Positions 53,302-64,000 of a stretch of DNA of 64,000 nucleotides are shown here, piece after piece. Below the pieces are notes generated by a model that was given only the letters and a program-made list of their open reading frames with translations, was not told the origin of the DNA and did no database searches. Origin of the DNA: Octopus bimaculoides. Taxonomy: Eukaryota. Location: NCBI RefSeq assembly GCF_001194135.2, contig NC_068988.1, forward strand, positions 96,219,416 through 96,283,415, given 5' to 3'. Both the position numbers and the translations under genes were made by a program. Within the stretch, counting starts at the first letter, position 1. Each line of letters starts with the position of its first letter.

Positions 53302-56300
53302 AGTGTGTGTATATATATGTGTGTGCGTGTATAGTACATATATGTACTTACCTTATACACACATACATACACTTACCTATAAATAAACAGATATAAACAT
53401 ATACACATAATGTGTGTGTGTATGTATATGCACACACACATGCACACATACAGGTGTCATCTCCAAGAATTGAATTAGAATTCTGATCATCACAATACAC
53501 TTCCTCTATCTCCCCCCCCCCCACTCCTTTGAAAATAACAGCTGAATCAAGATTGACATTTTGAATTGCAATTTAATTTCAATGGGTTCACCACATATAT
53601 TTCTCTTTTCCAATCCTAAGGTGTATAGTTGCAAATATGCTAATATGTATATAATAAGAGAAAAGGAGGGAGAGAGAGAGAGAGAGAGAGNNNNNNNNNN
53701 NNNNNNNNNNNNNNNNNNNNNNNNNNNNNNNNNNNNNNNNNNNNNNNNNNNNNNNNNNNNNNNNNNNNNNNNNNNNNNNNNNNNNNNNNNNNNNNNNNNN
53801 NNNNNNNNNNNNNNNNNNNNNNNNNNNNNNNNNNNNNNNNNNNNNNNNNNNNNNNNNNNNNNNNNNNNNNNNNNNNNNNNNNNNNNNNNNNNNNNNNNNN
53901 NNNNNNNNNNNNNNNNNNNNNNNNNNNNNNNNNNNNNNNNNNNNNNNNNNNNNNNNNNNNNNNNNNNNNNNNNNNNNNNNNNNNNNNNNNNNNNNNNNNN
54001 NNNNNNNNNNNNNNNNNNNNNNNNNNNNNNNNNNNNNNNNNNNNNNNNNNNNNNNNNNNNNNNNNNNNNNNNNNNNNNNNNNNNNNNNNNNNNNNNNNNN
54101 NNNNNNNNNNNNNNNNNNNNNNNNNNNNNNNNNNNNNNNNNNNNNNNNNNNNNNNNNNNNNNNNNNNNNNNNNNNNNNNNNNNNNNNNNNNNGAAATGAG
54201 TGCTTTTATGTGCCACTGGCATGCAAGCTGGTATATGTCACCAGCCCCAACTATTTTCAAACGGTTTCACTTGGCTTCACGAGTCTTCTCAAGCACAGCA
54301 TATCGCTAAAGGTCTCGGTCACCAGTCATCACCTCCATAAGGCTTCACCACCTCATCCCTCATCTTCCTGGGTCTATGTCCTCGCTTCCTCATCGCACAT
54401 CTTCCTGGGTCTACCTCTTCCACAGGTTCCCTCCACAGTTAGAGATTGACACTTCTTTACACAGCTGTCCTCAACCATACACATCACTTGACCATACCAG
54501 CACACGTCTCTCTTTCACACTCCATCTGATACCTCTTATGCCCAGTTTTTCTCTCAAGATGCTTACAGTCCACAGCCCGTGTTTCACTGCCGTGTAGCAT
54601 AGCTGTTCACACACAGGCATCATACAATCTACCTTTCACTCTGAGGGAGAGGTCCTTAGTTGCCAATAAAGGTAGAAGCTCTCTGAACTTTGCCCAGCTC
54701 ATTCTTATTCTAGCAGATAACCTAGATAACAGAAGCTATCAACTACTTCTAGGTATCCCCATTGGCATTTGAGGAGTCTATTTTCTCTATATTTTGTAGT
54801 GTTTATTGTACCTGTGCACCTGTCACACACAAAGACTATTTTCCCTATTAACCTTCCTCTCATATTGCTGCACCTCTTATGTGTCCATAGCTTGCACCAA
54901 GTACACCATATGGAGTTTCTACCTAGGCCTTTTCTACATATCGAGCAGGGCCATCTACCTGAATGGATTTATAATTTGTCAGCTTTCCTTCTAAGTACAT
55001 AACTATTTATTTAATTATTAGTATGTTTTTACTTTTTATCTGGTTATCTTTTTCAGTCTTTTCTTTCTTCCTTTTTTTTTTTCTTTTTATCTCTTCATCA
55101 CTTGCTTTTTAATTGGAATATACAATGTATGAATTTCATTTTTACAGACAGGAACATTTTATCCTGGAATCCTTTTTGGAACTTGTTTTATTTTAAATTT
55201 CTTCATTTGGGGAAAACATTCATCAGGAGCAGTAAGTAATGGAAAATATTTATATTTTCTTTGTTATTTGAGTCTATCAAACATTAGCATTATCAAAATT
55301 CTGTTTAGAATGTTTTAGCCCATTACATACACCATACAAGTCAATACAATTTTGATGGTACTTTTATATTAATTTGTGTTTTTTTCGTCTTGCAAGGTAC
55401 TTGGTGACCCTGTCAGTGCAGGTGCCACTTAAAGAGCATTCAGTTTACACTATAAAGTGGTTGGCATTTGGAAGGGCATCCAGCTGTAAAAACCCTGCCT
55501 AAACTGACCTCACTTGTGCTTGTACCATGTAAAAAGCACTAAGACCACTCTGCTGAGTGGTTGGTGTCAGGAAGGGCATCCAGCTGTAAAAACCCTGCTG
55601 AAAGACATTCACACCAAATATTAAGGTTTAAGCCATCTTGTGCATGATCCCAGCATACATTTTCCATTCTAGAGAATTTACCTTCCCTCTCAAAATGTTT
55701 GTTCTGTTCCTGTATTTTCTTGTTTTATTACTTTTTTTTTTTTTTTGTATAAGATGCTCCGTATTAATTTGACTGTTGTTTAATTCTTACAGGTTCCATT
55801 CAGTACAATGGTTGCACTATTATGTATGTGGTTTGGGATCTCACTTCCATTGGTCTTTTTGGGTTACTATTTTGGTTACAGAAAACAGGTGAATGGAATT
55901 ACTTTGTCTCCAACAAATTTCTATCATTTCTCAAACTTTTCACTTTGGTTTATGATTCGTTTGCCTCAGTTTCATTATTTAAAGTGAACTGTTTCTGTTT
56001 ATTTTCCCAGCCGTACCNNNNNNNNNNNNNNNNNNNNNNNNNNNNNNNNNNNNNNNNNNNNNNNNNNNNNNNNNNNNNNNNNNNNNNNNNNNNNNNNNNN
56101 NNNNNNNNNNNNNNNNNNNNNNNNNNNNNNNNNNNNNNNNNNNNNNNNNNNNNNNNNNNNNNNNNNNNNNNNNNNNNNNNNNNNNNNNNNNNNNNNNNNN
56201 NNNNNNNNNNNNNNNNNNNNNNNNNNNNNNNNNNNNNNNNNNNNNNNNNNNNNNNNNNNNNNNNNNNNNNNNNNNNNNNNNNNNNNNNNNNNNNNNNNNN

Positions 56301-56538
56301 NNNNNNNNNNNNNNNNNNNNNNNNNNNNNNNNNNNNNNNNNNNNNNNNNNNNNNNNNNNNNNNNNNNNNNNNNNNNNNNNNNNNNNNNNNNNNNNNNNNN
56401 NNNNNNNNNNNNNNNNNNNNNNNNNNNNNNNNNNNNNNNNNNNNNNNNNNNNNNNNNNNNNNNNNNNNNNNNNNNNNNNNNNNNNNNNNNNNNNNNNNNN
56501 NNNNNNNNNNNNNNNNNNNNNNNNNNNNNNNNNNNNNN

Positions 56539-56571
<33 letters not shown>

Positions 56572-59500
56572 ATGTTTAAAATCTCTAACTTTAGCATTCA
56601 CTCTTTTCTTTTCTTTTTTTCTTTTTTTTTCAGTTAGTCCTATGTTGAAATGGTCTTTAATTTTATACATAATATATATTCTTACTCCAGACAGCTAACT
56701 GGCTGTAATTCCTAATTTCAACATCTCTTGTGCAGTTTTTAGGGAAGAAACCTATCATGAGTTGGTGGTGGTGGTGGTGGATATAAAGAATTAAAAAAAT
56801 ATATATAACAAGAGATTATCATTTTATAATCCTATAAAGCATATTATATACTTAATCCTGGTCCTGAATTTGTTAATGCTTCTGCCTGGATTTGTGTGTA
56901 ACTTAACCTTTTGTTTCCGTTTTCTTTCTCTTCTGCTGCAGGACACTAATGGCTGGCATTTTGCCATTTGGAGCTGTGTTCATTGAGTTATTCTTCATTT
57001 TCACTGTAAGTATAATAAACAATCCTTAACACTTTCAATTATCATCTCAAGAATTTTTCTCTCAGTAACGAGCAAACAAACTTGGGAACCTGTGCAGTTG
57101 CTCGACCCACTAGAAATAGCAGCCAAATCTCCATCAAGTCACTCCCCACTAGTATGTCTGAACAAAAAAAAAGGTGGGCTTGTCATCTAGGTTTGCTTGA
57201 TCAGGACTAATCTTGGACGAATCAATGACATGAATCCCTCGAGGGAGTCAACACCAACAGGTACCAGTAATATATTGAGGCTTATTGGTATCGGCCTAAA
57301 GAAACCTTTATATTTAGAAGAATGTTGAGTTAGCAGAAACATTGGCTGCCAGACTAAATATTTCATTAACTGCCCTATTTTCTGAGTTCAAACCCTGCTG
57401 ACTGCTTTCATTTTTCGTGGTTGACAGAATAATAAACATGAGTGGTGTTTCATGAAACTCCTCTTCAACCTCCCTCCCCTTCTCTTCTTCCCCTTCCCCC
57501 CTTCTATTCACCCTCCTCTTCTCTTCACTCTCCTTTTCCCTCCCCTCCTTTCCTAGAAACGGTTATTTTTACTGTTTTTTTTTTTTTTTAAATGTATTCA
57601 ATATGAATCTCAAATTGAAAACGTTTTCACCAGTTCTTTTATTTATGTTTTACACATTTTTATTCCAATTGCTCATAATGTCCCCTGATGGGATTGTTTA
57701 TTTGTTATAGGAATATTTCAATCAGAATATTAATAAAACATAATTTCAATATAAGCCAATCATTTTCTTTCAAATATTCTTTTCATTTTCTTCTTTTGTA
57801 GGCAATTTGGGAGAATCAGTTTTATTATTTGTTTGGATTCTTGTTCTTGGTCTTCATCATTTTAGTAATTTCAGTGTCCCAAATTTCCATTGTGATGGTA
57901 TATTTCCAATTATGTGGTGAGGTGAGTCATTCAAAAGTTCATCTTTGTGTATCTGATCTTGCTGAAATGTTTTACGTAAACCTTGTCCTACGTTTTGTAG
58001 GACACACCTAACAAGTGTCCAACTTAGACACCACCAGCACCTTGTCTTTCTGGAGATTTCTCCATTGTAAGCATTCAAATCAGACTTCGAGCCTAACAGT
58101 ACATGTCTTTGAATCCGGTGCTTTTTACCTGCATTCCTTTGTGTGGTGCCACTGTCTGTGAGAAGTTATTTGATGAGGAAGAGTTTGCTGCAGCAGTTTC
58201 ATTGTACCTTTCAAAAGTATGTGGCCATATATCTTTGTTAATAACCAATACTGCTGTATTAGCAGAATCAGTACAGCAACAAACAAATTACCTTGTTGTG
58301 TTGAGTTACATTTGGAGTTCAAATCTTGTTGGAATCAATAAAATAACGGAGCAGTGAAAATGAGATCATTATTACTAATTTTGTTATAATTTTACTAATT
58401 ATACTAATTATTGTATGTGATTTATTTTCAGGATTACCATTGGTGGTGGCATTCATTTGTTGTGTCTGGTGGCTCTGCTGTCTACATGTTTGCATATTCT
58501 ATCTTCTATTTTGTTACAAAGGTAAATCTTATACACTTTATGTATTTGTTTTCTGTGTCAACCTTGCTTTCGTTCTCTGGATGCTGTTTCATTCCATGAT
58601 GGTTCACTGCTGTATCCTACATCCCTGGGATGATCTGTTGGTTGGGTTCAATCGGCACCTGACACACATTCAGTTGAATGTCAGTCTTAGATTTACAGCT
58701 CTTTTATTTAAAAGAAAAAACAACAAAAAACAAACAACTTTACATCTAATAAAGATGATTGGCTGATGCAGCAGAACATCAGGCCCAATGCCTTTCAGTA
58801 TTTGTTCTGTTCCAAGGTCGACTTTCATTCTTTCTGGGTTGATAAAAACAAAATACTATACAAGTCCTCCTCTGCCCTAAATTTCTGGTTTCGTGCTTAT
58901 GTTACAAACTATTATTGGAACTGGCAGAATCGTTAGCAGCGTTTCTTTGGACTTTACGTTCTGGGTTCAAATTTTGCTGACTTTGCCTTTTGTCCTCTAT
59001 GAAATAAATACCAGCCATGTACTGGGGTGGCTGTAATCAAGTAGCCCCCCCCCCCCTCGCCATTTCAGGCCTTGTACCTATAGTAGAAAGCATAATTCTG
59101 CTGAGGTCAACTTTGCTGTTCATTCTTTTTGGGGGTTGATGAAATAAGTGCCAGTCAAGTATCGGGGTCGATGATGTAATCAACAAACCCCTTCCCTTAA
59201 ACGGGGTTGATGATGTAATCAACAAACCCCTTCCCTTAAATGGGGGCGATGATGTAATCAACTAACCTCTTCCCCTAAAATTCCAGGCCTTGTGCCTCTT
59301 GTGGAGAGGATTATTATTATTATTACTGCAGTGGATAGCAGAAATAGTGGAGCCCCAGTTTCAATCCCTAATAGTATTCATCACCATCATTCGATGTCTG
59401 TTTTCCATGCTGGCATGGGTTGGATGGTTTGACTGAGGATTGGCGAACCAGAAGGCTGCACCAGGCTCCAATCTCATTTGGCATGGTTTTTCTATGGCTG

Positions 59501-60156
59501 GATGCCCTTCCTAATGGCAACCATTCCAAGAGTGTAGTGGGTACTTTTATGTGCCACTGGCAAGAGGGCCAGTCAGGCGGTACTGGCAACAGCCACGTCA
59601 GCCATTTTGATTTGATTTCCCTTGCCTCAACAGGTCTTCGCAAGCAAAGTTTATTTGTCCAATGAATGAAGGGTACTCATAAGTGGGCTGGTTATACACA
59701 CGGACATTAAATGATGATGAAGAATCGGGATAAAATGTCACTAACCATTTTGCCCCGATGTGCAAATGACTGCCATTTATTTTTCAGATTAAAATCTCAA
59801 TATTGACATTTACCTGTCATCGTTCAGCAAAGTCCTGTGTCAATTAGATTGACTAACCCCTCCCCCCCTCCACTTCCTAAACTGTGTGAAATCATTTGAT
59901 TATGAGTCATTGTTATTAGTTTAATTATATTCTTTATCCTTTGCCTGGATAATCTCTATTATTTCTGTCCTTTTTTTTTTTTTTTTTTTTTTTTTTTTGT
60001 TTCCAGCTCGAAATCACAGAATTCATCCCAACTCTTCTCTATTTTGGTTACACATTGCTCATGTCTTTCACATTCTGGATCCTGACTGGCACCATCGGCT
60101 TCTACGCAGCATACTTTTTTATTCGACGAATTTATGCAGCAATCAAAATTGACTGA
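26098..60156 (+). CDS. TM9SF4: Transmembrane 9 superfamily member 4 (nonaspanin)
   Basis: Exons: 26098-26109 (MATK), 38373-38495, 38928-39030, 40568-40611, 41556-41677, 42742-42844, 44070-44122, 44793-44834, 45875-45960, 47585-47737, 49435-49505, 50824-50956, 51624-51705, 52746-52821, 55148-55231, 55793-55888, 56011-(gap from 56018), 56942-57005, 57802-57921, 58432-58521, 60007-60156 (TGA). Phases are consistent. Motifs: [77 protein letters not shown]-terminal IYAAIKID. The 12-nt first exon is inferred from ATG context and a donor site. Confidence 0.95.
31000..31560 (+). mobile_element. Tc1-like transposase fragment (N-terminal HTH)
   Basis: GIGRLQA...YNVHVSTI...[27 protein letters not shown] resembles the Tc1 pattern RSGRPRVTTxRQDRYI. 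Downstream sequence is frameshifted. Confidence 0.75.
32819..33703 (+). mobile_element. Internally deleted mariner element with both terminal inverted repeats
   Basis: TIRs of about 65 bp (TGAGGTCTGATCAATTAGTATCCGGACTG... / ...CAGTCTGGATACTTATTGATCAGACCTCG), TA on the left. Internal peptide [25 protein letters not shown]...DERSGR...[11 protein letters not shown]. No catalytic domain. Confidence 0.88.
34670..34778. repeat. (CTAT)n-(TA)n microsatellite
   Basis: Read directly. Many other (TA)n, (CA)n, (CAT)n and (ACT)n tracts occur across the window. Confidence 0.95.
36030..36259. repeat. Hairpin-forming palindrome of about 230 bp
   Basis: Outer arms of about 65 bp nearly perfect, inner arms imperfect, loop about 12 nt. 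Single related copies lie near 37650-37720 and, more diverged, 57095-57135. Confidence 0.85.
36405..36976 (+). mobile_element. Penelope-like element remnant: inverted pseudo-LTR-like pair with a hammerhead motif
   Basis: Arms 36466-36654 and 36790-36976 are reverse complements with only about 5-6 differences. A 12-bp direct repeat ACAACAAAGTTT flanks the unit (36393-36404, 36972-36983). TATATAAG and a hammerhead core lie in the spacer. Confidence 0.6.
36772..36815 (+). ncRNA. Minimal type I hammerhead ribozyme motif
   Basis: TTCAGG-CTGATGA-CGAGCAAAAGACTCA-GAAA-CATGTC-CCTGAA: 6-bp stem I, core CUGAUGA and GAAA, palindromic stem III ACAUGU, GUC cleavage triplet. The stem II closing pair is a C-A mismatch. 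Confidence 0.6.
48050..48235. repeat. Short AACCCTT...AAGGG-ended MITE-like repeat
   Basis: A related copy in the opposite orientation lies at about 63247-63425. Confidence 0.55.
48530..49005 (-). mobile_element. High-copy interspersed repeat (CATCAT-TTAACGTCCGCTTTCCATGCTGGCATGGG family) with an internal tandem array of about 65 bp units
   Basis: Family copies also near 170-330, 8480-8810, 11970-12110, 19660-19945, 29480-29855, 37020-37190, 41990-42130, 42470-42590, 45420-45590, 46640-46880, 51990-52350, 59380-59600. Confidence 0.8.
51075..51339. repeat. Foldback element with arms of about 100 bp, flanked by a 13-bp direct repeat
   Basis: Arms 51122-51220 and 51241-51339; TTAATCTGAGGGA at 51062-51074 and 51337-51349. 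Confidence 0.8.
52403..52657. mobile_element. Tc1/mariner-type MITE
   Basis: TIRs CAGGGGGTGCAAAAGTAGGTATACAG / CTGTATACCTACTTTTGCACCCCC around an AT-rich core of about 200 bp. Confidence 0.8.
54240..54720 (-). mobile_element. RTE-type LINE 3' fragment
   Basis: Reverse-complement similarity to 20870-21260, e.g. CTACACGGCAGTGAAACACGGGCTGTG. Confidence 0.55.
56018..56538. other. Assembly gap interrupting TM9SF4 coding exon 17
   Basis: The exon starts CCGTAC (PY) at 56011 and enters Ns. Other gaps: 3627-4052, 8899-8949, 21872-22120, 39176-39465, 49380-49411, 53691-54192. Confidence 0.95.
59170..59275. repeat. 39-bp tandem repeat (about 2.7 copies) inside a SINE
   Basis: Unit GATGATGTAATCAACAAACCCCTTCCCTTAAACGGGGTT starting at 59170, 59209, 59248. 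Confidence 0.85.
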
Positions 60157-60772
60157 TGGATTCCTCTCTACCTAGACTACTTCTCTTAGGATCTACTTCA
60201 ACATTTACTTTTAACAACCACACTACTACTACTACTATTACTACTACTACTAACAACAACAACATCAACAACAATAATAATAATAAAAATAAAAACAACA
60301 AAGACTTGACAAATTGGTTTTATCAGTATTTATGAAGACTGGAAGATGGACTGAGAGATAAGAACACAAACCATTGTCAAGAATCATAATGCTTTACCAT
60401 CATCATGCTCTCTTCTTATGTTTTTTTTATTATTCTTATTCTTCTTTGTATTATTATTATTATTATTATTTAAATTGTTATTTTGCCAAAAGAGTTGTTC
60501 CACACAAATATTGGGAAATCCAGGGTTGAGTAATTCGGAGAAAGAAAACTGGGAAGTTTTAATTAAATTAAAAGAGGAAAGGGAAAAAAACAATTAAATC
60601 CTTGCAGATGAGGGTGGAATCTAAAGTAAAAAAAGAAACGGAAAAAGAAAAAAAAGAATCATTAAAACAAAAACACAACTTTTAAGAAAACTGTTTTTGG
60701 TGAATTACATTTTAGAAAATTTTTACTTGTTATTTTTGTTACTATTCTTCTTCTTCTTCTTATTGTTGTTAA

Positions 60773-61980
60773 GGTAGCAGGCTGGCAGAATTGTTAGCAT
60801 TCCGGGTAAAATGCTTGGCAACATTTTGTCTGTCTTTACGTTCTGAGTTCAAATTTCACCAGGGTTGACTTTGCCCTTCGTCCTTTTGGGGTCAGTGAAT
60901 TAAGGACCAGTGAAACACTGGGGTCTCCCCCCTCCCCCCGCAATTTCAGGCCTTGTGCCTTTAACAGAAAGGATTATTATTCTCCTCCTCCTCTTCTTGT
61001 TCTTTAGGCAACACGCTGGCAGATTCGTTACCATGCCGGACAACACGCTTGGCAGCGTTTCTTCAAACTTTCTGTTCTGAGTTCAAATGCTGCCAGGGTT
61101 GATTTTTGCCATTCATCCAATCGGGGTCAATAAAATAAGTACCAGTTGAACCGGGGGGGGGGGCGATGTAATTGACTTAGCCCCTCCCACCAAACTACTG
61201 GCCTTTTGCCAAAACTTAGTACCATTATTATTATTATTGATGGCAGAATCAGTAGAGTACTTGACAAAATTCCTGGTGGCTTTCCTTACCATTCCTCTGT
61301 CTGGAATCACTCAGATAGGAACCAGTGAAGCCCTGGAGGATCTGTTAAATCAGTTGGACCCTCTTGCAAATTGTTGCTCCTTGTGGTAAAGTTAGGGATC
61401 TTCTTCTTCTCAACTGGTTGATTATCAGAATTGTTGGACAAATGCTTTGCAGTATTCTTTCTGTCTCTTATTCCGAGTTCAAGTGTTGCTTTGGTAAGCT
61501 TTATTCTATCCTTCTGGAGCTGATAAACTAACATACCAGTCATATGCTGGGTTAGATGATATAAACGACAGTTTGCTCCTACCAGATTGGTAGAATCGGC
61601 AGAGCATCGGGCCAAATGTCTTGCAGTAATTGTTCTGAGCCATTACTTTCTCCAGTGTTAACTTTGCCTTTCACCCTTCCAGGCTTGATAATATTATAAA
61701 ACAGTCGAGTACCGGGGGCAATGATTTAATCAACTCCTTTTTTCATAAATCTCTGGCCTTGTACCTGTCTTAGAAACAATTATTAAGGTGGTGAGCTGTC
61801 AGAATCGTTATCGGACAAAATGCTTAGCAGTATCCAAATTCTGTCAAGTTTGACTTTACTTTTAATCCTTTCAGAATTGATGACATAAGTACCAGTCATG
61901 CACTGGGGGTCGATGTAATTGACTATCCCCCTCCCTGCAAATTTTCAGGCCTTGTACCTATTATAGAAAGGATTATTATG
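60773..61980 (+). mobile_element. Cluster of about 6 same-orientation copies of one SINE family
   Basis: Repeated GCTGGCAGAATCGTTAGC...TTCTGAGTTCAAAT...GACTTTGCCTTTCATCC...GGCCTTGTGCC...GGATTATTATT. Other copies near 2640-2880 (minus), 41740-41945, 49620-50090, 52900-53110, 58915-59320. Confidence 0.8.
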
Positions 61981-64000
61981 AGATACCTTGTGGTATTTAG
62001 TTTATATTCTGTGTCCCCTCCCCATGGGTCATCTTTCACTTTTGTCTCTCTCGAGTCAACAGGAATAAAAAATACCAGTTATGTTTTGGGATCAATCTAA
62101 TTGACCCTGCCTCTCTGTCCTTCCCCTAAACTTTTTGGCTTTCTGCCAATATTAGTTGTTGTTTTCTATTTTTTTTCTCTTAGGTTGCTTTTTTGCTGTT
62201 CTAGAAACATTGATTTTTCTCCCTCACTCTATGACAAATGTGGTTTTTTTAAATAATTTATTTCTGTGTGGGCTGTAGATTTCAACAATTTCATTTTTAT
62301 ATGTTAAAACTTATTATTATTACACTTTGTTAATACCCTTTTCAATTTTCTTGAAAAGTTATGTCATCTCAATGTTTCCATGTATATATGTGTGGTTATA
62401 TATCCGTGCGTGTGTGTATGTATTCACATATGTACATATATATATATATATGTGTGTGTGTATGTATGCATTTACAGAGGGTGCGTATGTGAACTTAAGC
62501 TAAATTTCTTTCCATGTTCTTTTTTCTTCCATAACAATGTGTTTTTTTTTTTCTTTTTGTTATGTTATAATAAAATATTTTTGTTTCATTCCATGAAAAG
62601 CTAACAGTCCCTTTTATTGTGTGCAAAACTGAATTTCTTCCTTGGAAGGCGAAAAGTTGCCATAAATAAATAAAAAGAGAAAATATAAAAAAAATTAGAC
62701 AAAAGACTAACAAGAAAATGATATCAAAGAAAAAAAAAAATCATTAACGTTTTACTAAAACTATTGATATTCATTGTAATATAGGTTTTATTTTCTTATC
62801 TTTACTCCTAAATCTGGTCAGCTTTTGAAAGATTAGAAGTTGATTGCAAGAAATGCGAAAATCCATCAAGTGAAATTGAGTGGTTCTATTCAGACATGGC
62901 AGATTGAAAAAAAAATAAAATTAAAGAAATTTTTGCATTCCTCCTTCAACCTGTTTAATTCAACAATTATTAACGAGCCTATAAGTATTCTCTAGTTGTT
63001 TGTCACCAATATGTTGAGGAAAAACTCGGCACACGTGCACTAAGGTGAGTCAGCATTGATGTTAAACTGCTCTAATGAATATGTCTGTTAACGATGTAAT
63101 ACAGAGCAAATATCTCTTCTCATTGTCACAAGTATTATCTTTTATTCCTACTTATTTATTTATTTATTTACTCTTTCTCTCTCGAATGTGTCTGAAACGG
63201 TACTAATCTATGAACCCTCAAGAAATCTGTTCACTGAATTTATGATAACCCTTTAGCATTTCAGATTCCACTCTCAAATCTAATGTTTATTAATTCATAT
63301 TGTTTTGAACTAATACTGCATTATCTTTTAGCTTTTAGATTTCGATGATGTCATTGTTTATTTTGAGAATGGCATTGTAGGTTAGATGTGAGAGGCTGGA
63401 TGTGGCCAATTTGAACAGTAAAGCTGCCCACCCTAATTTCAGGCCTAGCAGACAGTTATTACTATAAATTATAATGGTAGAAGCTTGATTATTAAATATT
63501 GTATTGATAACAATGAGAGTTTGTTTAAATAATTTTAATATTTAACTAGAACAAGTTTTCTAGTCACACCTGTGATAGGTAAATATAGAAAATGAAAGAG
63601 CAACAGCATTAGATTGTTATAAGAAGAAGAAGACAGGCATGTTCCTCTTTGGAATATTGGCTTGAATCCAGTTTAGAGGACAACTTCCGTTTTTATGTCT
63701 TTGAATTTTATTTTAAGAGAAGAACCAATTCATTATGTCCAACATTTCACTCTCTCTCTCTCTGTCATCTTTCAGCTCATTTTCCATCTTTTTACCTGTT
63801 TGTATGATATTAAAAAAAAAAAAAAAAAAAAATTAAAAAGGCCAAAAAAAAAAGAAAATGACAGATGGCAGCTTGTGTTTTGGAAGAAAGCTGAAATTTC
63901 TATAACTGGAAGCGGACTGTTGTCCGTTTAAGAGGAACAAACTTGGACATGGGAGGAGGTGGTAGGGAAATGAAATTGTGATACGATGTTTCCTATTGAA

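Overview
Eukaryotic, AT-rich, repeat-dense genomic DNA with seven N gaps. The SINE families look like those of Octopus (recognised from memory, not searched). Three intron-containing genes were rebuilt by hand from splice sites and reading phase: (1) the 5' part of CPLANE1/C5orf42 on the minus strand (14 coding exons, running off the left edge); (2) a complete RPS20 on the minus strand (4 coding exons, 120 aa); (3) a TM9SF4 orthologue on the plus strand (21 coding exons, one entering a gap), head-to-head with RPS20 across about 400 bp. The most interesting non-coding signals are: two near-identical H/ACA-like intronic RNAs with a very short 3' hairpin in RPS20 introns 1 and 3; a Penelope-like inverted-repeat insertion in TM9SF4 intron 1 carrying a minimal hammerhead-ribozyme motif; several long intronic hairpins (candidate ADAR substrates); and a SINE with a perfect 12-bp target duplication inserted into an RFX X-box-like site upstream of the ciliary gene CPLANE1. 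Most ORFs in the supplied track are spurious. Coordinates of repeats are approximate.
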